A stretch of DNA of 64,000 nucleotides from Opitutales bacterium (GTDB lineage Bacteria > Verrucomicrobiota > Verrucomicrobiia > Opitutales > UBA2987). The DNA is taken from assembly GCA_965226885.1 (NCBI GenBank), contig CBDDEL010000010.1, positions 192,001 through 256,000 of the forward strand, given 5' to 3'. This document shows positions 30,675-40,776 of the stretch, one piece after another. The position numbers were made by a program, and so were the translations under genes. The notes beneath the pieces are model-generated. The model saw nothing but the letters and a program-made list of their open reading frames with translations. It had not been told where the DNA came from and made no database searches. How positions within the stretch are numbered: the stretch's first letter is position 1; each line of letters begins with the position of its first letter.

Positions 30675-32280
30675 GGTAGTGTTAACATGACGAATGTTTG
30701 ATATTGCTGTTGTATTCCCAGATGAACAAGCACAGGACGCGAAAATGCATGACCAAAGACTTCGAGAATGACAGCGTTTTACGCACATAGCGTGACAGAG
30801 ACTGTCGCAAGGTATTGTTCCAGCGTTCGATATGGGCGGTTTGGCCGGATTGTTTCCCGCTGGCGCTGTTGTGAGGGAAAACCTTGTCGTAGCTTTCCCA
30901 GTAATCGCTTACGGTGGCACAGTCGCGATAGGGTTGGGCGATGTTGTGATACAACTGCCGGCACGTTTGATCGCTACGATCACCCAGAGAAAACCCGACG
31001 ACCTGTCGGGTACGTCGGCACAAGGCTACCCATAGCCATACCTGTCCCGAACGCTTATCGCCCCAGAAGGACCACACCTCGTCCAGCTCCAGCACATCAT
31101 TACACTGGCGGGCAAGCAGTGTGGACTCCAGCTTCGGCAAACTCAGGACTTTTTTTTAATCCATTCGATGACCGTCTTTGGGGCTACCCCGAAGGTACGG
31201 TAAATGGCACGCAGGCTCATTCGGTTTTGGTGCGCACGGAGCACCTGCTTGACCAGCGCTGGGGGATGCTCACGGCTTTGGGGGTGAAGCCGAAACTGAT
31301 AACCACACCTCTTGCATCGATACTTCTGAACCCCTTTCGGATCCGGTAGTGTATAAAAAAAGAATGTTATTTTGTATTTTTAGCTGTACAAATAGCGTTA
31401 GGTAGTTTATTCTTAGTGCATGGTTACTAAAATTATTAATTGTCGGCACTGTGGAAGTGAAAATATCATTAAATTTGGCAAGACGCCCAACCATAAACAG
31501 CGCTACCGCTGCCATGATTGTGGTAAACAAAGCCGCGAAAACCCCACAGTGAAATACACCGAAGAGCAAAAAGAAATGATCCTTCGAGTCTATCAGGAAC
31601 GCAGCAGTCTACGCGGTTTACAGCGCGCCTTCGGGGTGAGTCCCAACACCGTTTTGAGTTGGTTAAAAAAAACGACAATCGCTGCGACCGCTCAGAAGCA
31701 CGATTCTTGCGGCCCGCCGCCATGATGTCATTGAACTGGACGAACTGTGGTCTTTTGTGGGGCGCAAGAGCGATGCCCAATGGGTTTGGATCGCTCTTTG
31801 CCGACGCACCCGTCAAATCCTCTCCTATGCCATTGGGCCTCGGGATTGGTATCGTTGCCGGGAACTTTACGAGCGTCTGCCACGGGCCTACAAAAGAAGT
31901 GCCACCTACAGCGACTTTTGGAGCACTTATGATGAAGTCTTTCCTCATAACCGATCCGTGGGAAAAGAAACCGGTGAAACGGCCCATGTGGAACGATGGA
32001 ACAATACCCTGCGCCAACGACTGGGTCGTTTCACACGCAAAACCCTCTCCTTTTCCAAGCTTAAGAGTATGCATGAAACCTGTCTGAGACTTTTCATTCA
32101 TCAATATAATCAAGAATTAGCCACCATTCCTACTTAATACACTACCTCGGATCCTTGCCGTGCTTGATGATGTGATCGCTTCCGCATTGAGGACATTTTA
32201 CTGTGATATGGATCATTCCCAGTTTACAGCATAATCACGCTGAAAAGTACAGCTTAAACATTCAAAATGTTAACACTACC
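30675..32280 (-). mobile_element. IS1-family type A (slightly diverged isoform) interrupted in insA by a type B copy
   Basis: IRs at 30675 and 32280; insB 30682..31140. Target CATTATTC at 32281-32288 and 30660-30667, with an extra 7-bp tandem duplication at the left junction. Confidence 0.93.
31345..32146 (+). mobile_element. IS1-family type B, complete (802 bp)
   Basis: 8-bp duplication TCGGATCC (31337-31344, 32147-32154). Confidence 0.96.
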
Positions 32281-34062
32281 CATTATTCAAGAGATTGTGG
32301 ATGATGCTGAGATTTCTTCGTTCGTTGTGCCGACCACACTTAAGAATGTTGGCGATACTGTTTCTGTGAGTGTTACAGTTGAAAATTTGGGAACAACGAC
32401 ACGTTCATTTTGGATTGGATTAAGTTTCAAAGGGCCAAATGCCGGGAAATGGCCTAATGGGTGGGTCGATGTTTCACCTCTTGAAAGCAGCACTATAGTC
32501 ATGATCAAACGGATACTGTAACATTTGAATTCGATATACCGGTTTGGATGGAAATCGGTCAATACACTGCGGTCACAGCTGTCTGGGACGAATATGACGC
32601 AGACGAAGATATATTGCTCACACAATTTGCTACCCAGGAAAAAGAAGCTTTTATTGTTTCCGATACGGGATTAGACGATGATCCTTATGATATTGGGGAT
32701 TTTGATGAGACAGGGCTATTTAGCCAGATACCTAAAAATAGTCGAGCAAACCTCTCTGACCTTGTAGATCATCTAAACAACCCTCTGGTAAATCACTTAG
32801 ATGAAGACAGTCAGCTCACTCCATCAAATGATCGTGTTTTGGTACTGATTCATGGTTGGAACCCGGAACGCGTTGAGAAGCCGTTAGAAGTTGAACAGTT
32901 CGGGGATCTGGTCAATAACCTAACACAGGACAACAAATTGACTAACGATTGGTCTCTGGTGCTCTACGATTGGAGTGACGACGCAGCGACAGGGACAGAT
33001 CTTATCCCAATTTTACCACTTGCTGAGAAAAATTTGGGAATGGTTCCTTTTGGAGGCGAACCTTCAACAATAAGTCTACTTCAATTGTTACTGGCGGGTG
33101 GAGCCTTACAGTTTACCGCAGAAAACTTTGCCACTACTGCCGCCGAGCGCGCTCTTCAACACGGTATTGTCCTTGGAAAACAACTCGTCGATCAAATTGG
33201 AATTAATGCGTTAAAGCAGGTTCACCTAATCGCCCACAGTGCTGGCAGTTGGGCAGCCTTCGCAGCGATGCGTTATATTAGGGCTCAATCTCCCGAAGTT
33301 GAGGTGATGGTTACTTATTTGGATCCTTTCATCCCGAATGAGGCGGCTTGGTACAAAAATAATCCATTTCTTAGTCATCCGTTTACCAGCTCGGTGTTGG
33401 AATCTACTCTTCAATATGTGGGTCCACCCAAGACACCAGGGGCGATGAGCGCTGAGGCTTACTACACATCGAACGATGAAACGGAAATATTGGCACTCTT
33501 TGGTTTGATTTCAAATGCAAAAACGGTCGTTTGGGATACTTGGGACCGCTCCAATGGGGGTTTGGTTTACAGAACTGGCAATCTTGGATTACATCCATAT
33601 GATGGGCATTCCGGGCCGATCCAGTTTTATGCGGATTCAATAGAACCGCCGGGGAGTTCCACTTTCGAGGGACTGGCATGGAATCTATCGCTTGCTTCTA
33701 ATACTATGATCGGTCTATCGGATGTTTTCAGAGGTGAACCTATCAATGGGTTTCCCGAATGGATGGCCTCACGGTGGTATAAGAATTATAATGTCGATTT
33801 ATGGCCCTGGATTTATCATGACGAGCATGGTTGGCAGTTTGTAGACTCCGGGAGTACCGAGGATGTGATATATGTTTGGGATTTGGGTTTGGGAGATTGG
33901 ATCTTCTTTAATGAACAGGCATATCGATGGTTATTCAGGTTTGGGTTAAACAAAGGATGGATTTTTCCTTTTGCAGATAATAAACCTGGCAGCAGGTTTT
34001 TTCAGAGGCTTGACGATGGGAGTATTTTCAGTATTCCGCCCGGGTTGCTGGTTGAGTGAATT

Positions 34063-35298
34063 TTAGAGGCTGGTTTCCAGGAATGTGGTGTAGACTTGGC
34101 TGGTGCGGTGGAGGTTTTTGGTGGTGGTGTGTTCGTTGGCGGCGTGGTGGTTGCTGCCTAGCGGGCCGTAGCCGATGGTGGGGATTTTCAGGTCCAGGCC
34201 GAAAAATCTTGAGTCGTTGAATCCGGTGGAGACGGAGTATTCCACTTTGTCGGGATAAATCGCCTGGATGGCTTGGGCGAATGATTTTGGTAGTGGGTGG
34301 TTTTCGGAAATCAGGTAGGGTTGGGCGAAAAATAATCGTTTAATTTCGAATTCGAATTTGGAATTTTTTTCGGCGAATGATTGTATTCGTTGGCATAGTT
34401 CCCGCTCCGCCACGTCGCAATTTTCGTTGGGAAGGACCCGGCGGTCGATGGTGAACCAGGCGTTTTCCGGAACGGTGTTGATTTTTGCGCCTTCACCTTG
34501 TCCGAAGGTCCCGCCCAGGTTGAGGGTCGGGCGCATGATTTTTCCGTCGGGTGGATGAAATTCGATTTTGTTCAGTTTATCTCCGAATAATTGCAGGTCT
34601 ACGGCCAGTTCGGCCATGATGGCAAAGGCGTTGAGGCCATTGTCGGGTGTGGAGGCGTGAGCGGCCCGGCCTTTAATTTTCACTTCCAGCCAGATGACTC
34701 CGTTATGGCCGACCCCGACGCGATGTCCGCCAGCTCCTTCCCCCACGATGACAAAGTCGGCCTGGGGCAGTTTGTTTTCGGCAATGTATCCGGCTCCTAA
34801 TCTTCCGCCCGTTTCTTCATCGCAGACGAAGGAAACTTCGACATTGGAGCCCGGTTGCAACCTGGCGCGTTGAAATGCTTTCAAGGAATGGATAAAGGCC
34901 GCTATGGCGCCCTTCATGTCGGCGGCGCCGCGACCGAAAATATTTCCATCCTTGCAAAAACCGGAAAAGGGCGGATGGGTCCAGCCGGAGGAGACCGGAA
35001 CGACATCGTAGTGGGCGTTGTAATGGATCGTTTGGGGAGCGCCAAGATCGAGAAAACCGAAAACGTTATAGCGAGGGTAATCGGCTGCCTCAGGGAGCGC
35101 TTTGAGGGCTTCACTTGGGGGGACTTCCAGTATTTTGGACTTAAAACCAAGTTTTGTCAGCGCCGAGTGCAGAAAGGTGGCGCATTGCCGGTAATTTTGT
35201 CCGGGAGGGTTGACCGTGGCAATATTGACCAACTGCGTGAGGAAGGAGAGCATCTCTTCCTGGTTTTCCTGCAATGAGCGTTCGAGAGCCGGGTGCAT
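34063..35298 (-). CDS. M20 family metallopeptidase (ArgE/DapE-like)
   Basis: NAHYDVVP, GRGAADMKG, DEETGG, GRAAHAS and HAANE motifs. Confidence 0.92.
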   Translation of the reverse strand: MHPALERSLQENQEEMLSFLTQLVNIATVNPPGQNYRQCATFLHSALTKLGFKSKILEVPPSEALKALPEAADYPRYNVFGFLDLGAPQTIHYNAHYDVVPVSSGWTHPPFSGFCKDGNIFGRGAADMKGAIAAFIHSLKAFQRARLQPGSNVEVSFVCDEETGGRLGAGYIAENKLPQADFVIVGEGAGGHRVGVGHNGVIWLEVKIKGRAAHASTPDNGLNAFAIMAELAVDLQLFGDKLNKIEFHPPDGKIMRPTLNLGGTFGQGEGAKINTVPENAWFTIDRRVLPNENCDVAERELCQRIQSFAEKNSKFEFEIKRLFFAQPYLISENHPLPKSFAQAIQAIYPDKVEYSVSTGFNDSRFFGLDLKIPTIGYGPLGSNHHAANEHTTTKNLHRTSQVYTTFLETSL

Positions 35299-35406
35299 TC
35301 AGATGTTCGCGATGGGGTTTGGCACTCTTTCTTTATCGACTTACGGGGTTTTGCAATGAGGTTTGAGCTCTTCTACAGTATCTATGCGTGAGTTGGGTGA
35401 GGGGGT

Positions 35407-35463
35407 CGTTAACGTTAAAGAGGAGGCACGCCTTCAGGCGTTGCCTCCCTCGGCTGGTTATGC
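35407..35463 (-). other. Integron attC recombination site (57 bp)
   Basis: Minus strand reads GCATAAC-CAGCC-GAGGGAGGCAACGCC-TGAA-GGCGTGCCTCCTC-TTTAAC-GTTAACG. This gives R'' AAC, 5-bp spacer, L''/L' stem with extrahelical bases, 6-bp spacer and R' GTT. Confidence 0.78.
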
Positions 35464-35898
35464 TCCCGTGTGTCCAATATATTCCTTAATTGATCGGATT
35501 CTGAAGCCCTTTGATGCGTCTCCAAATGTGTTTCCTTTATACCAAAATGTGATCGATACGTTGTAGTTCGCGTCGCAACTAAATCCAAATCGCAAAGGAC
35601 GTTGAGGCCCATCAACCATGACGCGAAAAACTGCATAAGTTTCCATAACTAGACTTCCCTCCTCATCGTAAACTTTGATTCGAGGTGAGTTTGGGATATC
35701 CCATTTTCCTACTTTTTCAGGGTATTCGACATCAATTTCGATTACGCCATCCTTTTTCTCTATTTCTATGCGAAATCCAAGATCTATTGCATTCTTCGGG
35801 GACAATTCTTCGATCTCAGGAGGTGGCGGAGTCGCTATGCAAAAATACGGAAAGGTCCAGACAACACACAGGCCCACGAAATTTCTTATTTTCTGCAT
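35458..35898 (-). CDS. Hypothetical exported protein, gene-cassette ORF
   Basis: 146 aa (MQKIRNFVGLCVVWTF...) with a signal-like N-terminus. The stop lies inside the attC R'' box; the start lies inside GTTATGC. Confidence 0.72.
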   Translation of the reverse strand: MQKIRNFVGLCVVWTFPYFCIATPPPPEIEELSPKNAIDLGFRIEIEKKDGVIEIDVEYPEKVGKWDIPNSPRIKVYDEEGSLVMETYAVFRVMVDGPQRPLRFGFSCDANYNVSITFWYKGNTFGDASKGFRIRSIKEYIGHTGA

Positions 35899-36109
35899 AA
35901 CATATTGTAGGCAGCGTCTACTCAGCCTGTGGTTGGTGTAAACGCCGGGATGAAACCGGTACGGGGGTCGGGGTAAAACCGGTACGCTTGGAATAAGGTT
36001 TAGGTTAGTAATTGCAGGTACGTCAAGGTTTAGGGTTTGGGAGTTGGTTTTGGGGATTGGCTTGGGGTCGGTGAGGAGGCCGGAGGCCGACGAGCCGGGC
36101 CCAAGGCGT

Positions 36110-36877
36110 TTATTGTTTTGTGCCACGGCGACGGCGTCGAGCATCGCGCAAGCGGTAGCTTTGCCCGTTGGCTTCGAGGATATGCACCCGATGGGTGAGT
36201 CGGTCCAGCAGAGCTCCGGTGAGCCGTTCGGAACCGAGCACTTCGATCCAGTTCTCAAAGGGCAGGTTGGTGGTGACGATGAGACTGGTGCGCTCGTAAG
36301 CGCGGCTGACCACGTCGAAGAGCAGTTCGGAACCGGTCTTGGAAAAAGGGACGTAACCGAGTTCGTCGAGGATGAGTAGGTCGAGCCTTTCGAGTTGCTT
36401 CATGAAGCGCTGCAGGTCGTGGTTGTCGCGTTGCTCGAGCATATGGGTAACCAGGGCGGTGACCCCGAAGAAACGGATCCGCCGGCCCTGGGCACAGGCG
36501 GCAAAGCCCAGGGCGGTGGCCAGGTGCGTTTTACCGGTACCGGCGTTACCGAGGAGCAGCACGTTTTCGCGCTGGTCGACATACTCCCCGCGCATGAGCT
36601 CTCGGATGAGCGCTTCGTTGATCGAGGGCTGCGCTTCAAAGGCGAAGCTCTCGAGGGTCTTGAGCACGGGGAAACGGGCGTTTTTGATCCGCCGCTGGGC
36701 GGCCCGCTGTTCGCGTTCAATGAGCTCCCGTTCGACCAGATGCAACAAAAAGGCGGCGTAATCGAGCCGGTCCCGGGAACAAGCCGCGGCCACCGCCGGC
36801 CATTCGCGCAGGATGGTGGGCAACTTCAGTTTCTTGAGGTGATGGTGTAACAGCAGCTGGTTTTTTTCTTCCTTCAT
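36110..36877 (-). CDS. istB: IS21 helper ATPase IstB
   Basis: Walker A GNAGTGKT, LLILDELGY, TTNL and LLDRLTH motifs. Confidence 0.95.
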   Translation of the reverse strand: MKEEKNQLLLHHHLKKLKLPTILREWPAVAAACSRDRLDYAAFLLHLVERELIEREQRAAQRRIKNARFPVLKTLESFAFEAQPSINEALIRELMRGEYVDQRENVLLLGNAGTGKTHLATALGFAACAQGRRIRFFGVTALVTHMLEQRDNHDLQRFMKQLERLDLLILDELGYVPFSKTGSELLFDVVSRAYERTSLIVTTNLPFENWIEVLGSERLTGALLDRLTHRVHILEANGQSYRLRDARRRRRGTKQ

Positions 36878-38379
36878 AAAGCCCCTCCTGGAATCTTGAG
36901 CAGTTCGCTGTAGGCACCGAGGTCAGGGGCGGCCACACGGACGTGACGCAGGTGTGGATGGCCGTCCAGCCGGAAGGTTCTGCTCCCGTAGTCTTCCTGA
37001 GGATAGAGATACTGGGCGATGGCCTCACGAGTCAGTCCCCCCACCCGCAGGGCCGAGACGACGGCCTGCTGCAAGGCCGCCATGGGGTGTTTCTCCAACA
37101 GCCGCAGCACCCGGATATACTCCCGGGTGCCTTCGCCCCCGCATTGGCTTTCGAGCCGGCGTCTGAGGACCTGCAGGCACTGCGGCAACTGCCAGCCCGA
37201 GAGTGGGCGGGCGAAGTCCAAAGCGCCCGGTTTTTTCTCCAGCAAAGCCAGGTAGTGCACCGGCTCGAAAGAGACTTGCTCTTTATCCCAAATGCGGCGG
37301 TGCCGGGCCACCTCTTGGCCCCCACAGAAGATCACCACCTGCCGACAGGACCCTTCCACCACCACCGGATGGTGGGCGCAGCGCACCGGCACCGAATAGT
37401 CGTTGCACTCGAAGCGCACCAGCGAGAGGCTGCTGACGCAGGTCGAGCGTTTGCGGCTCGCTTCAAAGGGTATGGGCGGCAACGGCAGCATGACGGCGCG
37501 CTCCTCGGCCAGCAGTTCCTTTTTCACCGCCCTTTTCCCGCGTAATTTACGCTCCATGTCCCGCTCACATGCCTCCAACAGCTTTGCGTTGAGTTCCTCC
37601 AGGTCCCGAACCTGCGGTACCGGTACCAGGAAGTTGGCCCGGGCATAACGCACGATCCCCTCGACCACGCCCTTCTCGTTGGGCCGGGCGGGCAGACAGA
37701 AGTGTTCCTCGAACAGGTAATGGCTCTGTAGCTGCAGAAACCCGTCGGTCAGCTTGCGTTCACGCGAACCGATAATCTTACCCACCGCCACCTTCGAGTT
37801 GTCATAGCTGATGCGCCGGGGCACCGCCCCGAAAAACTCAAAAGCTCGCAGGTGCCCCTCCCAGAAGCTCTCCGTGCACTCCCGTTCGAACACCTGCACG
37901 AAAAAGGCATCGCTGTAGGGCAGGCTCATGGCAAAAAATGGCCGCCTACGCAATTGCCCCGCCTCCTTCACCAGGGCATGACCGAAGTCCACCTGTCCCT
38001 CCCCGGGGCGGTGCTCCAGCGGCACGAACACTTCCCGCCGCCTCGCTCGCAGCTCGGCCACCACCTCCTTGACCGCCGTGTAGCCCCCTTGGTAGCCCTT
38101 CTCCCGACCCAAACGCTGGTAGATCCGTTTGGCCGTATGGCGCTGCTTCTTGGGCACGTTCCGGTCCGCTTTGAGCACCTCCTCGATCCAGCCCACATAC
38201 GGATCGATCTTGCGCTCTCGCCTCTTCTTGCGCCGGTATCCCGGCGGCTGGGAATAGGCCAGCATCTTTCCCAGGGTCTCCCAGTGCAGTCCCTCTTCTC
38301 GCATTACAGAGCGCTTGCTCTGCTTGTCCCGCAGCACTTTGTGCCGCACTCTTGTCCATTGCTTCATATCTCGATACAC
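36874..38379 (-). CDS. istA: IS21 transposase IstA
   Basis: QRHTAKRI, QVDFG, YDN and EKGVVE motifs; 4-bp overlap with istB. Confidence 0.95.
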   Translation of the reverse strand: MYRDMKQWTRVRHKVLRDKQSKRSVMREEGLHWETLGKMLAYSQPPGYRRKKRRERKIDPYVGWIEEVLKADRNVPKKQRHTAKRIYQRLGREKGYQGGYTAVKEVVAELRARRREVFVPLEHRPGEGQVDFGHALVKEAGQLRRRPFFAMSLPYSDAFFVQVFERECTESFWEGHLRAFEFFGAVPRRISYDNSKVAVGKIIGSRERKLTDGFLQLQSHYLFEEHFCLPARPNEKGVVEGIVRYARANFLVPVPQVRDLEELNAKLLEACERDMERKLRGKRAVKKELLAEERAVMLPLPPIPFEASRKRSTCVSSLSLVRFECNDYSVPVRCAHHPVVVEGSCRQVVIFCGGQEVARHRRIWDKEQVSFEPVHYLALLEKKPGALDFARPLSGWQLPQCLQVLRRRLESQCGGEGTREYIRVLRLLEKHPMAALQQAVVSALRVGGLTREAIAQYLYPQEDYGSRTFRLDGHPHLRHVRVAAPDLGAYSELLKIPGGAL

Positions 38380-38453
38380 TCCTCCTTTCTAGGATAAGCG
38401 TACCGGTTTTAAAGCGCCCTCTTTACCGTACCGGTTTTTCCCCGGCGTTTACA

Positions 38454-40422
38454 CGGCAGGACGCCGCCGGAAACCGCGGTGGCGCCGTGGCAGCCGATGC
38501 AATTTCTTCCGTAGAGGCTTTGGCCGTTGGCGATAGCCGCCTCATCCCCGATCTCCGCGGGCGGTTCCGGCGGCGGCGCGCGCTCTGGGATGGGTGGCAA
38601 AACGATGTCGCCGTCCAGTTTGAAGGCCATTACGCGGCTGATATTCCGCTTTGTCCCGTCGGGGTTGAGGTCCGGGCCCATTATCAGCGCAGAACTTGAC
38701 CCCCAACCCGGCAGAACCGCCACATACTGCTCTCCGCCCGCCTTATACGCAACGGGCGCGGCAGTTATCGCGGCAGTTATACCAGATTGCGCATCGCTGG
38801 CCCATAGCCGTTCGCCTGTGGCGGCGTCATAGGCGACGAAATCGCCGTCCGCATTGCCCTGAAAGAGGAGATTCCCTGCGGTTGAGAGCAGACCGCCATC
38901 GTGCGAACTCGGTTGCGGCAGGCGCCAGACTTCCTTTTGCGTGACGGGATTCCAGGCGAGCAGATGGCCCTGAACGTCGGGGCCGAACTCGGGTCCCAGT
39001 TCATTGGCGGGGTCCACCTCATCCCAGTAGTTCACGCCCAGGTTTTCGCCAAGGGGCCCGGGCCGAAAATTTGTCGTCCAGATAATAAATGAAGGGCTCT
39101 TGCTTCGCCGGAATGTAAACGAGGCCGGTATCCGGATTATAAGACATGGGCTGCCAGTTGTGCGCGCCCCCCGGGCCGGGCGAGATCTTGACCGGCACAC
39201 CGGTCTCATCATATCGCGCGAACGGCGTCTCTACCGGCCGCCCGGTTTCCATATCCACATGGGTCGCCCAGTTGATCGGCATGATTTTTTCGGCGGACAG
39301 AAGCTCGCCGGTGGCGCGATCGATCACGTAGAAAAAGCCGTTCTTCGGCGCCTGCATGATCACTTTGCGCATGCGGCCACCGATCTCCAGATCGGCCAGG
39401 ATCATGTGCTGGACAGCCGTATAATCCCAGGTGTCGCCCGGTACGGTCTGGTAATGCCATACATATTCGCCCGTTTCCGGACGAACGGCGACAATCGACG
39501 CCAGAAACAAATTGTCCCCGCCGCCAGGGCTTCGGATGGCGCGCGACCAGGGCGATCCGTTGCCGACGCCGATATAAAGAAGATCAAGCTCAGGATCGAA
39601 GGCGAAGGAATCCCAGGCCGTGCCGCCGCCGCCATATTTCCACCATTCGCCGGTCCAGGTTTCGGCGGCCATCTCCATCGTCTCGTTTTCAAAACCCTCT
39701 GCTGGATTGCCGGGCACCGCATAGAACCGCCACACTTGCTCGCCCGTCTCGGCGTCATAGGCCGTGACATATCCGCGAACGCCGTATTCAGCGCCCCCAT
39801 TGCCGATAATGACTTTGCCTTTGATTACTCTGGGCGCTCCGGTGATGGAGTAGGGCTTGGCGGGGTCGGTCGTTTGAACCTTCCAATCGACTTCGCCGCT
39901 CTCTGCATCAAGCGCGATGAGGCGACCATCAAGCGCGCCGACATAGACGCGTCCGAGCCAGACCGCTACACCACGGTTTTGAACCCCGCAGCAGGATTTG
40001 ACGTCCCATTCCTTGGGGACTTCCGGATCGAACTGCCAAAGGAGCTCGCCAGTGGCGGCGACGATTGCCTGCACTTTGCTCCAGGCGCTGGTCGAGTACA
40101 TGACGCCGTCGACAACAATGGCCGTTGCCTGCTGACCGCGGTTGGTGTCTAGATCCAAATACCACGCAAGTCCCAGATCGCCGACATTTTCCGTATTGAT
40201 TTGATCGAGAGGGCTGTATCTCTGTTCGGAATAGGTGCGGCCATGGGTGAGCCAATTCTGCGGCTCTGCGTCCGCATTCGCGATCCGCTCGCCGTCGACC
40301 CAAGCCGTTTGCGCCTCTTCACTTTGGCGGTTTCCCGCGTGTCTCGTTGCCGGTTGCCCGCATGCGGCCAACATTGCGGTGCCGAAAAATAAGATTATAG
40401 AGTTTGCAGGTTTGATACGCAT
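38454..40422 (-). pseudogene. PQQ-dependent type II quinohemoprotein alcohol dehydrogenase, frameshifted and truncated by IS21
   Basis: Lipoprotein-like signal, CC vicinal cysteines, GNGGAE, WDYT, GAHNW and heme c motif CIGCH. One extra base in the A4 run at 39066-39069. Reading frame cut at GGVLP by the IS21 end. Confidence 0.88.
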
Positions 40423-40776
40423 CTTTTCGTTCTCCCTCCATCCAACTGTTTGAGTCCGCCTAACTATACGTAGGTGGAAAATCCGCCGCGACAATTACGT
40501 AGATTAATACTTACGACCGGTATTTACAAGAATATTTGTAATTTTTTGTCTGAGAATAGGATCGCGAAGTATTTCTTGAAATGGAGTGAAATAAGGATGA
40601 ATTTATTTCTCTCATGGAGGCTCGGAGGGGACTGGATGGGTCGGTGTTTTTGGTTTGGGGTTGAAGTGGCTGGCGGATTGTGTCTTTGTGCTTATTTCTT
40701 CTACTTGTTTGGGGTAGAGGGTATGTAATCTATTTATTTTTACTATTGGCATGGCATCAGGCATGGCATCATTTAG

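Larger units (their letters stand above)
30128..34059 (+). pseudogene. Large secreted modular protein: FN3-like repeats + Ig-like region + alpha/beta hydrolase + Trp-rich C-terminal domain; 5' end missing, IS-interrupted and frameshifted
   Basis: Two ~96-aa repeats from 30128. Frame rejoins across the IS (WSFII|QEIVDDAEI). Frameshift near 32497. ORF 32548..34059 has LIHGWN, HLIAHSAG (nucleophile elbow) and YLDP. Confidence 0.75.
35937..38453 (-). mobile_element. IS21-family element (2517 bp)
   Basis: Terminal IR TGTAAACGCCGGG...CCCGGCGTTTACA with repeated AAACCGGTACG subterminal boxes; istA-istB operon. No flanking direct repeat. Confidence 0.94.

Noticed and set aside
35902..35936. A second complete attC (or attI) upstream of the cassette
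   Set aside because: Only about 35 bp remain before the IS21 end, too short and weakly paired to call.
35899..36258. N-terminal extension of ORF 35458..36258
   Set aside because: It runs through the IS21 end and istB. The plausible gene starts at ATG 35898.
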